From Patescibacteria group bacterium (GTDB lineage Bacteria; Patescibacteriota; Patescibacteriia; UBA9934): a DNA stretch of 64,000 nucleotides. The notes beneath the pieces were generated by a model, which was not told where the DNA came from, searched no databases, and saw only the letters and a program-made list of their open reading frames with translations. The stretch lies in assembly GCA_041660165.1 (NCBI GenBank), contig JBAZWW010000004.1, forward strand, positions 14,839-78,838, read 5' to 3'. The position numbers were made by a program, and so were the translations under genes. Within the stretch, counting starts at the first letter, position 1. Every line of letters starts with the position of its first letter. Shown here piece after piece: positions 10,200 to 18,484 of this stretch.

Positions 10200-12799
10200 C
10201 ACACAACGAAATTCACAATCTTGCCCTTCACTTGGATCACTTTTTTCGGCTCGCACGTGAGGAATTTCTGAACGTTAATGTCTGCTCGAGCAAGCTCTAG
10301 GACTGATAAATCTGATAGGGCCGATGGGACTAATAGGGTGGCGCGGAGCTTGCCGTTTACCTGAACAGCAATTGAAACATTCTCATCCACTAAAAGCTTC
10401 TCATCTGCCTCCGGCCATGCTTGTTCCTCAACAAACCCCCTCTCCCCCATCTTCTCCCAAAGCTCATTCGCAAGATGCGGGGCGAACGGGACAAGGATGC
10501 GCAAGAACAGGGCAAAGCTTTCTTTCGAGATGCCCTTCTCCTGCGCCTCATTCACAAATGACATCATGGATGAAACAGCGGTGTTGAATTTGAAATGCTC
10601 GATATCCGCTGTGACTTTGCTGATGGTTTTGTGCAGAGCACGGGCCACCTCGGAGGCCGAGACGGGGTCGAAACGTAGTTCGACCCCTACGGCGAGGGCC
10701 TTCTCGGACAAACGCTCGATCTTATCCAAAAATCGTCGAACACCAATCACTCCGTTGGTGCTCCACGGTACTGGCTCCTCAAAAGGCCCCATGAATAACT
10801 CGTACACACGCAGAGTGTCGGCACCGAACTCCTTCACGATCTCATCCGGATTCACCACGTTGCCCTTTGACTTGCTCATCTTTGTTCCATCTTCAGACAT
10901 GATGAGGCCGTGGGAGTGACGACGAACATACGGTTCGCTCGTCGGCACGAGTCCTTGATCAAATAAAAACTTATTCCAGAAACGCGAGTACAACAAGTGA
11001 AGCGTGGTGTGTTCCATCCCGCCGTTATAAAGGTCAACCGGCATCCAGTACTTAAGTGCTTCTTTCGAAGCGAATGCTTCGTCATTGTGCGGATCCGCGT
11101 ACCGCAAGAAATACCAGCTTGATCCCGCCCAGTTCGGCATCGTATCGGTTTCCCGCCTTGCCGGACCACCACATTGAGGGCACGTTGTGTTTACGAATGA
11201 CTCGATGGATGCGAGCGGTGATTCGCCGGTGTCCGTGGGTTCGTACCGTTCAACCTGAGGGAGTTCGACGGGGAGTTGAGAGTCAGGGACGGCGATCCAG
11301 CCGGCCTGAGACTCCCCATGGCCACCCTGAGACTCCCCCGTAGCCCCCTCTTGGAAAGAGGGGGAGCGCCCATCCTGAGAGACAGAGCGCCCGTTCTGAG
11401 CACAGCGCTCGCAAAAAACGAGTGGAATTGGCTCGCCCCAATAGCGCTGGCGAGAAAAAACCCAGTCGCGGAGTTTGAAGGTAGTTTTCTTTTTGCCTAA
11501 ACCTTTTTCTTCAAGCCACTGGATTATTTCCTTCGTTGCCTCATCAGAAGTCATCCCATCGAACTGACCTGAATTTATAAGCCTGCCACGATGAGAGTAA
11601 ACACTTTCACCCATCTCAACGCTTTTCTTAATAACTTCAAGAATCCCCGCTTCATCTGACGCTTTATACGTCGTCATCCATTCCCTAACTCCATTCCCTA
11701 TAACAGCAGGAAGAACAACTTCCTTGAATTTCAACTCAAATTTCTTCGCGAAGGCAAAGTCGCGCTCATCATGGGCGGGGACGGCCATGATGGCGCCGGT
11801 GCCGTAGTGCGGGAGGACGTAGTCGGCGATCCAAACGGGAATTTGCTCGCCGGTAGCGGGGTTCGTAGCATAGGCACCAGTGAAGACGCCGATTTTTTCC
11901 TTTGAGTCATCGCCACGTTCGATTTCGGTTTTTTTCTGAACCGAGAGCACATATTTTTCTACCGCTTTCTTCTGCCCGCCAGTAGTCAACGTAGCGACGA
12001 GGGGATGCTCTGGCGCGAGGACGAGGTACGTGGCGCCGAAGATCGTGTCGGGGCGGGTCGTGAAGACGGTGATGGGGTCGATACTTGGATCGACCCCTAC
12101 GGCACGGAATTCGATCTCCGCGCCTTCGCTTCGGCCGATCCAATCCTCCTGTTGCTTTTTGATCTTCGGCAAATAATCGACGTCTTTAAGGTCGTCAATC
12201 AACCGATCGGCATATTTTGTGATGGCAATCATCCACTGCTCCTTCTCGCGCCTCTCAACGGCCGTACCGCAACGCTCGCAACAACCGCCGACAACTTCCT
12301 CGTTCGCAAGACCGATCTTGTCCTTTGGGCACCAATTGATGAGCGCCTTGGCTTTGTAGGCCAGCCCCGCTTTGAAAAATTGCAAAAACTGCCACTGCGT
12401 CCAACGATAATATTTTGGATCCGTCGTATTGATCTCCCTTGACCAATCAAAACTGAAACCAATTGATTGGAGTTGCCGTCTAAAATTATCAACATTCTGT
12501 TTGGTCACCACGCTAGGATGAACACCCATCTTAATGGCGTAATTCTCCGTAGGCAAACCGAAGGCATCCCAGCCCATGGGGAACAACACATTTTTTCCCT
12601 CCATTCTTTTCTTGCGCGCAACAACATCAAGCGCCGTATAACTGCGCGGGTGCCCCACGTGCAGGCCCTCGCCCGACGGGTACGGAAACTCGACCAAGAC
12701 ATAATACTTGTCTTTGCCGGAATCCTTGGCCTGAAAAATACCAGACTCTACCCAGCGCTTCTGCCACTTGGGATCAACTGACGAATGGTCGTACGACAT
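10199..12799 (-). CDS. leuS: leucyl-tRNA synthetase
   Basis: About 866 aa with a HIGH-like motif (PYPSGEGLHVGHP), KMSKS (KMSKSKGN) and a LeuS editing-domain sequence. It contains two in-frame copies of a 31-nt palindromic element (see findings). Confidence 0.95.
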   Translation of the reverse strand: MSYDHSSVDPKWQKRWVESGIFQAKDSGKDKYYVLVEFPYPSGEGLHVGHPRSYTALDVVARKKRMEGKNVLFPMGWDAFGLPTENYAIKMGVHPSVVTKQNVDNFRRQLQSIGFSFDWSREINTTDPKYYRWTQWQFLQFFKAGLAYKAKALINWCPKDKIGLANEEVVGGCCERCGTAVERREKEQWMIAITKYADRLIDDLKDVDYLPKIKKQQEDWIGRSEGAEIEFRAVGVDPSIDPITVFTTRPDTIFGATYLVLAPEHPLVATLTTGGQKKAVEKYVLSVQKKTEIERGDDSKEKIGVFTGAYATNPATGEQIPVWIADYVLPHYGTGAIMAVPAHDERDFAFAKKFELKFKEVVLPAVIGNGVREWMTTYKASDEAGILEVIKKSVEMGESVYSHRGRLINSGQFDGMTSDEATKEIIQWLEEKGLGKKKTTFKLRDWVFSRQRYWGEPIPLVFCERCAQNGRSVSQDGRSPSFQEGATGESQGGHGESQAGWIAVPDSQLPVELPQVERYEPTDTGESPLASIESFVNTTCPQCGGPARRETDTMPNWAGSSWYFLRYADPHNDEAFASKEALKYWMPVDLYNGGMEHTTLHLLYSRFWNKFLFDQGLVPTSEPYVRRHSHGLIMSEDGTKMSKSKGNVVNPDEIVKEFGADTLRVYELFMGPFEEPVPWSTNGVIGVRRFLDKIERLSEKALAVGVELRFDPVSASEVARALHKTISKVTADIEHFKFNTAVSSMMSFVNEAQEKGISKESFALFLRILVPFAPHLANELWEKMGERGFVEEQAWPEADEKLLVDENVSIAVQVNGKLRATLLVPSALSDLSVLELARADINVQKFLTCEPKKVIQVKGKIVNFVV
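10665..10695. repeat. 31-nt palindromic element, leuS copy 1 (in-frame)
   Basis: GGGGTCGAAACGTAGTTCGACCCCTACGGCG; read on the minus strand it encodes AVGVELRFDP within LeuS. Confidence 0.7.
12074..12104. repeat. 31-nt palindromic element, leuS copy 2 (in-frame)
   Basis: GGGGTCGATACTTGGATCGACCCCTACGGCA; it encodes AVGVDPSIDP within LeuS, in the same frame as copy 1. Confidence 0.7.
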
Positions 12800-12810
12800 A
12801 CGCAAAAAAG

Positions 12811-13302
12811 TTAGGCAACCTCCCTCTCCTCTTCATCTCTTTCGGCTGACGTAGACCTCTCCGTATTCTTAAACCAGGCAGAGATAGCCGGATTCCCTTC
12901 GGCAATTTCCTCATTCATTTCTCCTTCCGTCATCAGTGGTTTGACCGGCTCGGACTTCTTCTTCTCTACGGGCTTTGGGAGAGGGATTACTTCCGCGTAA
13001 AGCGTTTTGGCATAATCCCTGGCCTTGGTAAGCCAGCTGGCCTTTGTCTCCTTCGGAAACGGAATCACGTTCGTGGGCACAGGTTCGGACGGACGAATAA
13101 TCTTGTCCGTAATTTCATCGGCGTAACTATCCTCATCCCCGATGGGTTCAAGCTCAACCGCCGCTGGCTTTTCCGGGGCATCTGAAATATCAAGCGTACC
13201 AACGTTCAGAAGAGGATCAAAATCCTTATCCGATTCCGAATGTTCTTCGCCCTTCTTAAACCACGCCTCCACATCCCCCGATGCGGAAAATTTCTCTTTC
13301 AT
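12811..13302 (-). CDS. hypothetical acidic protein
   Basis: 163 aa, strongly acidic and low-complexity, no recognised domain. Confidence 0.45.
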   Translation of the reverse strand: MKEKFSASGDVEAWFKKGEEHSESDKDFDPLLNVGTLDISDAPEKPAAVELEPIGDEDSYADEITDKIIRPSEPVPTNVIPFPKETKASWLTKARDYAKTLYAEVIPLPKPVEKKKSEPVKPLMTEGEMNEEIAEGNPAISAWFKNTERSTSAERDEEEREVA

Positions 13303-13303
13303 A

Positions 13304-13642
13304 TTAAGAAGCCTTCCCGCCTTCTACCGCATAGCCAGCTTCCATCCAGCCCATAAGTCCGCCGGTCAACCTGGTCAATTTTGTATAACCCGCTTGTTCA
13401 AGCGCCTCTGTAGCCGTGGATCCTTTACCAAGCTCATCGAATTCTCCGTATACCACGATATCCGCATCCTTGTCTTTGAGCATGGCGGAACACGTATCCC
13501 CGCACTTGTCGCCAACGGGAATGTTCACGGCCCCCGGGATATGACGGTGCTCAAAATTGGCCGGCTCTTGAAGATCAATCAACGTGAGGGCCTCACCCGC
13601 CTCAAGCTTTGTTTTCAATTCTTTCACGGTTAGAATATTCAT
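13304..13642 (-). CDS. rhodanese-like domain protein (catalytic Cys apparently absent)
   Basis: Single rhodanese-fold sequence (…HIPGAVNIP…DIVVYGEFDELGKGS…), but the position of the active-site Cys is Gly/Glu. Confidence 0.65.
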   Translation of the reverse strand: MNILTVKELKTKLEAGEALTLIDLQEPANFEHRHIPGAVNIPVGDKCGDTCSAMLKDKDADIVVYGEFDELGKGSTATEALEQAGYTKLTRLTGGLMGWMEAGYAVEGGKAS

Positions 13643-13647
13643 AGAAA

Positions 13648-14853
13648 TTATTTCTTTGAGGCAAGTAGTCTTTCAAGCGCCACAATGAATGCCCCGCGCC
13701 GAAAATCCGTCCCATATTTTTCCTTGGCCTCCCAAACGGCAAGAGCAGATTTCTCCATGTAGTCTTTTAGCATGGCGTCTACTTTTTCCGCCGTCCACTT
13801 CTCGTCCCTCATGTTCTGCTCCCACTCAAAATAACTGACCGTCACCCCGCCCGAGTTCGCAAGAATATCCGGGATCACCACAATCCCCTTCCCAAGAAGG
13901 ATATCATCTGCTTCAACAGTTGTCGGGCCATTGGCCAGCTCAAAGACGACTTTCGCTTTAATCCGCGCCGCGTTTTCACTGGTAATTTGATTTTCAAGGG
14001 CTGCCGGCACCAGCACTCCACATTCGAGCTCGAGCAACTCGGCGTTCGTAATAGTCTGCGCTCCAGGAAAACCAGACAGCGAACCCATGGACTCTTTATA
14101 GTCCTTCACGGCATTGATATCGAGTCCTGCTTCAGAGTAAATCCCGCTCTTAGAATCCGACACCGCAACTATTTTTACCTCATGCCTGGCACAAATGTCT
14201 GCAAACGTTGCCCCCGCATTTCCAAAGCCCTGAATCGCTACAGTAAACGTCTCCGGATCAAGCAACAGTTTCTCACGCAGGGCAGACAACACATACCAGC
14301 CTCCCATGGCCGTAGCGGTATCACGGCCAAGCGATCCGCCATGCTCAATACTCTTGCCCGTTACCACCGCCAGGTGCCCGAACTCTTCTGCAATGACGTC
14401 CATCTCAGCACTGGTGGTATTCACATCCGGCGCCGGCACATCGCGCTCAGGACCGAGCACGTCGCGAAAGGCACGGGCATACGCACGCGCGACTTCAAGC
14501 TTCTCAGTACTCGACAATTTCTTTGGATCAACAGTTACTCCCCCCTTTCCTCCGCCCATGGGAATATTTGCCACGGCAGTTTTAAACGTCATGAGCGCGG
14601 CGAGCGTTCTCACTTCGTCCTCATCCACGTTCGGGTGAAACCGAATTCCCCCTTTGTACGGCCCTCGCCAATTATTATGCTGAATGCGAAAAGCTGGCAA
14701 TTGAACGACAGATGCGTCATCCTTTTTTACGGACAGCGCCCTCTTTTCAAGATGTTGCGGGGCAACCAAACCGGAGACAATGTCTTTTGAAAGGCCCGCA
14801 GCGACACTGGCCCGTTCAAGCTGAATAAGGAAATTCTGATAGGAGTTTGGCAT
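13648..14853 (-). CDS. Glu/Leu/Phe/Val dehydrogenase family enzyme (glutamate dehydrogenase-like)
   Basis: GGGKGG glycine-rich catalytic motif (…ANIPMGGGKGGVTVDPK…) and a Rossmann NAD(P)-binding region (GFGNAG). Confidence 0.88.
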   Translation of the reverse strand: MPNSYQNFLIQLERASVAAGLSKDIVSGLVAPQHLEKRALSVKKDDASVVQLPAFRIQHNNWRGPYKGGIRFHPNVDEDEVRTLAALMTFKTAVANIPMGGGKGGVTVDPKKLSSTEKLEVARAYARAFRDVLGPERDVPAPDVNTTSAEMDVIAEEFGHLAVVTGKSIEHGGSLGRDTATAMGGWYVLSALREKLLLDPETFTVAIQGFGNAGATFADICARHEVKIVAVSDSKSGIYSEAGLDINAVKDYKESMGSLSGFPGAQTITNAELLELECGVLVPAALENQITSENAARIKAKVVFELANGPTTVEADDILLGKGIVVIPDILANSGGVTVSYFEWEQNMRDEKWTAEKVDAMLKDYMEKSALAVWEAKEKYGTDFRRGAFIVALERLLASKK

Positions 14854-14887
14854 AGAGGTACACTAATGGTATATTTTTTTCATTGAT

Positions 14888-15520
14888 ATGCACAAGACCG
14901 TTCTCACCATGGGGGTAACCCTCTCATTATTACTCTGCCTTGGCGCCGGATATTCCGTCAGTGCGCAAAGCCCGCATCGGGTTATAGAGAGGTATTTTCA
15001 CATAACCGAAACATACGTCTCTGGATACACCGATGAACGCGGAGTTGGCATGATCACAGTTAGCCATGAAAACTCAACGCTTGGAACCCTCACAAGCGTG
15101 CTTGAGGTATCGCCAGCTACTCGCTACCTCCGCCTTCAGGGCGCAAAAATGACGTTTAGTGATCTAAAAAAGGGCGATGACCTCTCCATCACCACACTCC
15201 GAAATTCTGACGGCAAACAGTTGCCAACGGAAATTATTGATAATAATACTTGGTTTCTAGAAAATGCAGTGACAAAGGCGGAAGTTACCACCGTTGGCGC
15301 CACAGCCATCAGTGCCACGGAAACTTTGGGATCGAAAAAGATTTCTGTCCCTTTCACAAAAAATACACTCGTGCTAAAACCTGATGGAAAATCAGGAACA
15401 GTGGAGGACATTGCAGTCGGCCGGCACATTCGAGCCCGCGGGATCATGCGCAAAACGGGTACGACTACCGTCATAGAACAAACGTATGTCATCTGGATTT
15501 TGCCCGAACACGGCGAGTAA
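14888..15520 (+). CDS. secreted hypothetical protein
   Basis: N-terminal signal peptide (…LLLCLGAGYSVSAQSP), 210 aa, no known domain. Confidence 0.5.
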   Translation: MHKTVLTMGVTLSLLLCLGAGYSVSAQSPHRVIERYFHITETYVSGYTDERGVGMITVSHENSTLGTLTSVLEVSPATRYLRLQGAKMTFSDLKKGDDLSITTLRNSDGKQLPTEIIDNNTWFLENAVTKAEVTTVGATAISATETLGSKKISVPFTKNTLVLKPDGKSGTVEDIAVGRHIRARGIMRKTGTTTVIEQTYVIWILPEHGE

Positions 15521-15523
15521 TAC

Positions 15524-16423
15524 ATGAAAGACCCCCTTCCCCCAGCCTTGCGAGAACGCCTCATTAAACAGTTTGGAACCGGAGCCTACAGCCTGCTCTT
15601 ACGGGCTTTTTCAGTTGAACGAAAGCCTACTTTTCGAGTAAACACATTAAAAACAACGGATGAGGAAGTCATGGCCGTCATGCGAGACGAGCAAATCATG
15701 TTTGAGCGAGCGAAAGCCGTCCCGCATGCTTTTCTTATCAAGAATCGGACGGATGATGAATTACTGGAACATCCGCTCGCCAAGGAGGGAAAAATCTATC
15801 TGCAGGGGATCTCATCAATGGTCCCGCCGCTCGTCATGGATTTAGAGGGGTCATTGAAAATTCTCGATCTTTGCGCCGCGCCAGGATCGAAAACCACCGA
15901 GATTGCTTCGATGACACGCAATACCGCAGAAATTATCGCCTGTGAGGACAATGAAGTTCGTTTTCAAAAACTGCTGAACACTATTCGTATTCAAGGGGCC
16001 AAGGTGGACGCTCGAAATGTAGACTCGACAATGTTACAAAAAGAACTCCCCGAATATTTTGACCGAGTGCTCGCTGACGTCCCCTGCTCTGCCGAAGGCC
16101 GAATGAACATTCTTGAAAAACGTTCATTCAGCTACTGGTCAGAAAAGAATATCGTCGAGCACGCCAAGCTCCAACGCAGGCTTCTTCGCGCCGCGGTTGG
16201 TTGTCTCAAACCCGGTGGCATACTTGTCTACTCAACCTGCACGCTGGCACCCGAAGAAAATGAAAAAATGATCGACTGGCTCATTACCGAATTTCCACAA
16301 ATGAAGCCGGTCGAAATCTCGCTCGCCCTCACGAATATCAAGCAAACTGCTCACAAAACAGTCACCATGTTGCCGAGTGAGATGATGGAGGGGTTCTTTG
16401 TAGCAAAGCTGATGAAAGTCTAG
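15524..16423 (+). CDS. rRNA (cytosine-C5)-methyltransferase, RsmB/Nop2/Sun family
   Basis: SAM-binding motif ILDLCAAPGSKT and a catalytic DVPCSAEG motif; 299 aa with no NusB-like N-terminal domain. Confidence 0.8.
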   Translation: MKDPLPPALRERLIKQFGTGAYSLLLRAFSVERKPTFRVNTLKTTDEEVMAVMRDEQIMFERAKAVPHAFLIKNRTDDELLEHPLAKEGKIYLQGISSMVPPLVMDLEGSLKILDLCAAPGSKTTEIASMTRNTAEIIACEDNEVRFQKLLNTIRIQGAKVDARNVDSTMLQKELPEYFDRVLADVPCSAEGRMNILEKRSFSYWSEKNIVEHAKLQRRLLRAAVGCLKPGGILVYSTCTLAPEENEKMIDWLITEFPQMKPVEISLALTNIKQTAHKTVTMLPSEMMEGFFVAKLMKV

Positions 16424-16512
16424 GGGTGAGCGGGCGACACGATCTCGTCGCTCGAAAAGAAAACCGTCCGAGCACGAGCCCGGACGGCCTGTCGTATCCG
16501 ACGACAAACGAA

Positions 16513-17250
16513 CTACTTGAGGAGCCCGGCCTTGACGAGCGCCGTGATCGAGCGACCGTCCGTGGACTGCGCCACGAACTCCGCGGGCGTCATGACGATC
16601 GTGCCCTCCGCGAACTCCATCGTCCGAACGTACACGGCGATGAAGCCTCTGATGCGTTGAGGGTTCGCCTCCATGTAGCCCACGGGCTTCTCCTTGGCAT
16701 CGGCGAGCTCGCCCTTCGTGATAGACGAAGGCTGCAACTCGAGGATCGGACCGTTCAGGCCCTGGTTCTGACGGATCCGAACCTGCCCGATCGCGTTCTT
16801 CTCGATGATGACGTGGCCCACGATCCGACGGTGCTCTTCGTCGAGCTCCACGACCTTCGGTTGCTCGTTCACTGCGGCCATCCAGTGCCCTGCGGGGTGC
16901 TGGAACATGCCGGCTTCGTGAAGCTCTCCGTCACCGCGCCGAATGTTGCCGGTCGTGAGGTCAAATCCCCACACCTGATCTTGCTTGCCCTCGGCGAGCT
17001 TCTTCTGCCACACGTCCGCTGGCTCGAGCACCACGAAGGTATCCGCACCGAGCTCCTGACGAACCACATCCACATGAACGAAACGCTTGTTGCCCATATA
17101 CGACACCAATGCCCCACGCGGAGCACCGATTCCTCCGAACCCCAGATGAACTGCAAGGAACGAGAAACGTGATTGTTGTGGGATCACCCCACCCATCCCG
17201 GAGGAAGACAAACACGGCGCGAGAATAAGGAAAACCCCCGATTCCGTCAA
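16513..17250 (-). CDS. hypothetical protein (high-GC)
   Basis: 245-aa ORF with protein-like composition; the opposite-strand ORF 16426-17172 is R/L/H-rich junk. The start is uncertain. Confidence 0.4.
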   Translation of the reverse strand: MTESGVFLILAPCLSSSGMGGVIPQQSRFSFLAVHLGFGGIGAPRGALVSYMGNKRFVHVDVVRQELGADTFVVLEPADVWQKKLAEGKQDQVWGFDLTTGNIRRGDGELHEAGMFQHPAGHWMAAVNEQPKVVELDEEHRRIVGHVIIEKNAIGQVRIRQNQGLNGPILELQPSSITKGELADAKEKPVGYMEANPQRIRGFIAVYVRTMEFAEGTIVMTPAEFVAQSTDGRSITALVKAGLLK

Positions 17251-17262
17251 GGTTTCGGGGGC

Positions 17263-18180
17263 TCACGTCACACGCCGCAACACGCGGACGTACGTGAAGT
17301 AATAGTTGAGTGCAGCCACGCAGTGAAGTGACCCGATACCCATACGCATGTACTCATCCTCCATGCACCGCAGGGGGATGAAGACCAAACGCTGTTGCGG
17401 TGGTCCGAGCACTCGCCGACCCCACTTCTCGTCCTTGCCGTACAGCGGAAACTTCAGAACGAATTCTGGATCGCCACGAAGGCCGAGATGAAAAATGGGC
17501 GTGACATTTGAGCTGTTCCCCGTGTTCTCCCACGGCAGGCTCAAAAGCGTGAGACGCTCGGGAGTAATGACCGAGCGTGCAAGAAGCGAACCGAGTTCGT
17601 TCTTCACAATGCCGATCGGCAAGTCACACGTGCGAATGACGTTGAGGTCCATGTCGACGGCCACAAAGTCATTCGGGATGGGAAGCCTGCCGAACACAAG
17701 CCCACCTTCCGGCACGTACCCACGAGGAATCTCTATGGTCCAGTCCTGACACGTTGGACCTCTGTGCTGTTCGATGCACACCATCCATTCGTCGTTATAT
17801 GTGGTTATGCAGACAGCGCCCGTCGCCGCAACCGAACCCATTTCCGTCGAAAGCGGGGTGTGCTTCGCGTTCATGAGCACGGCATACGTATGCTCCTTCG
17901 TCTTCTCCTTCCCATCGTGACGGATACAAAGGTACGTCACGATGTAAAAGTATGGATCGGGGTGATCCTCACTCTCACCGTATCCATGCACCCCAAGAAT
18001 CGCCTTAACTTCGTCTTCACCGTCCAGGTGATTCCCGAGCGTGTGAAGAAGCGGGAGGCCGAACTCGGCAAGTCGTTTATTGATTCGCCGCAACCGTCTG
18101 CCCCACATCTCTTTCTGATCATGCCTTTCTTCGTCCCCTGGCACGGGGACCGGAAGGTCCTTTTTCCGTGCTGGTTTCAT
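17263..18180 (-). CDS. hypothetical protein (high-GC)
   Basis: 305 aa, immediately upstream of and co-oriented with 16513-17250; no recognised motif. Confidence 0.45.
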   Translation of the reverse strand: MKPARKKDLPVPVPGDEERHDQKEMWGRRLRRINKRLAEFGLPLLHTLGNHLDGEDEVKAILGVHGYGESEDHPDPYFYIVTYLCIRHDGKEKTKEHTYAVLMNAKHTPLSTEMGSVAATGAVCITTYNDEWMVCIEQHRGPTCQDWTIEIPRGYVPEGGLVFGRLPIPNDFVAVDMDLNVIRTCDLPIGIVKNELGSLLARSVITPERLTLLSLPWENTGNSSNVTPIFHLGLRGDPEFVLKFPLYGKDEKWGRRVLGPPQQRLVFIPLRCMEDEYMRMGIGSLHCVAALNYYFTYVRVLRRVT

Positions 18181-18484
18181 GATTTCCTCTTCGACTTCAA
18201 GCGAAGCCGACTAGCATCTTTACCAGATTATCCTTATAAATGTCAACAACTGCTACCCCATCTGGAATGCCACCGTATGTACGCGCTGTCTCCTTACGAA
18301 CAGAACACCGGATGGAGAAAAAAGTTTCCCCTCTTTCACAAGCTCCGCCACTTCCTTTCGTGAATAGAACGTGATGCCCTGTTTGAACTCTTCGTAACGC
18401 TCAGGCGCTGGGAACAGCGATCCGAGGTCTTCGTATCTGCCGCAAAAAGTGCGCGTCAAGGTTCATAACAGGTAGACCACAATA

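Noticed and set aside
13987-14790. 267-aa plus-strand ORF
   Set aside because: It lies entirely within the well-supported dehydrogenase gene on the opposite strand.
16426-17172. 248-aa plus-strand ORF
   Set aside because: Arg/Leu/His-rich low-complexity translation typical of the antisense strand of a high-GC gene. The minus-strand ORF has a normal protein composition.
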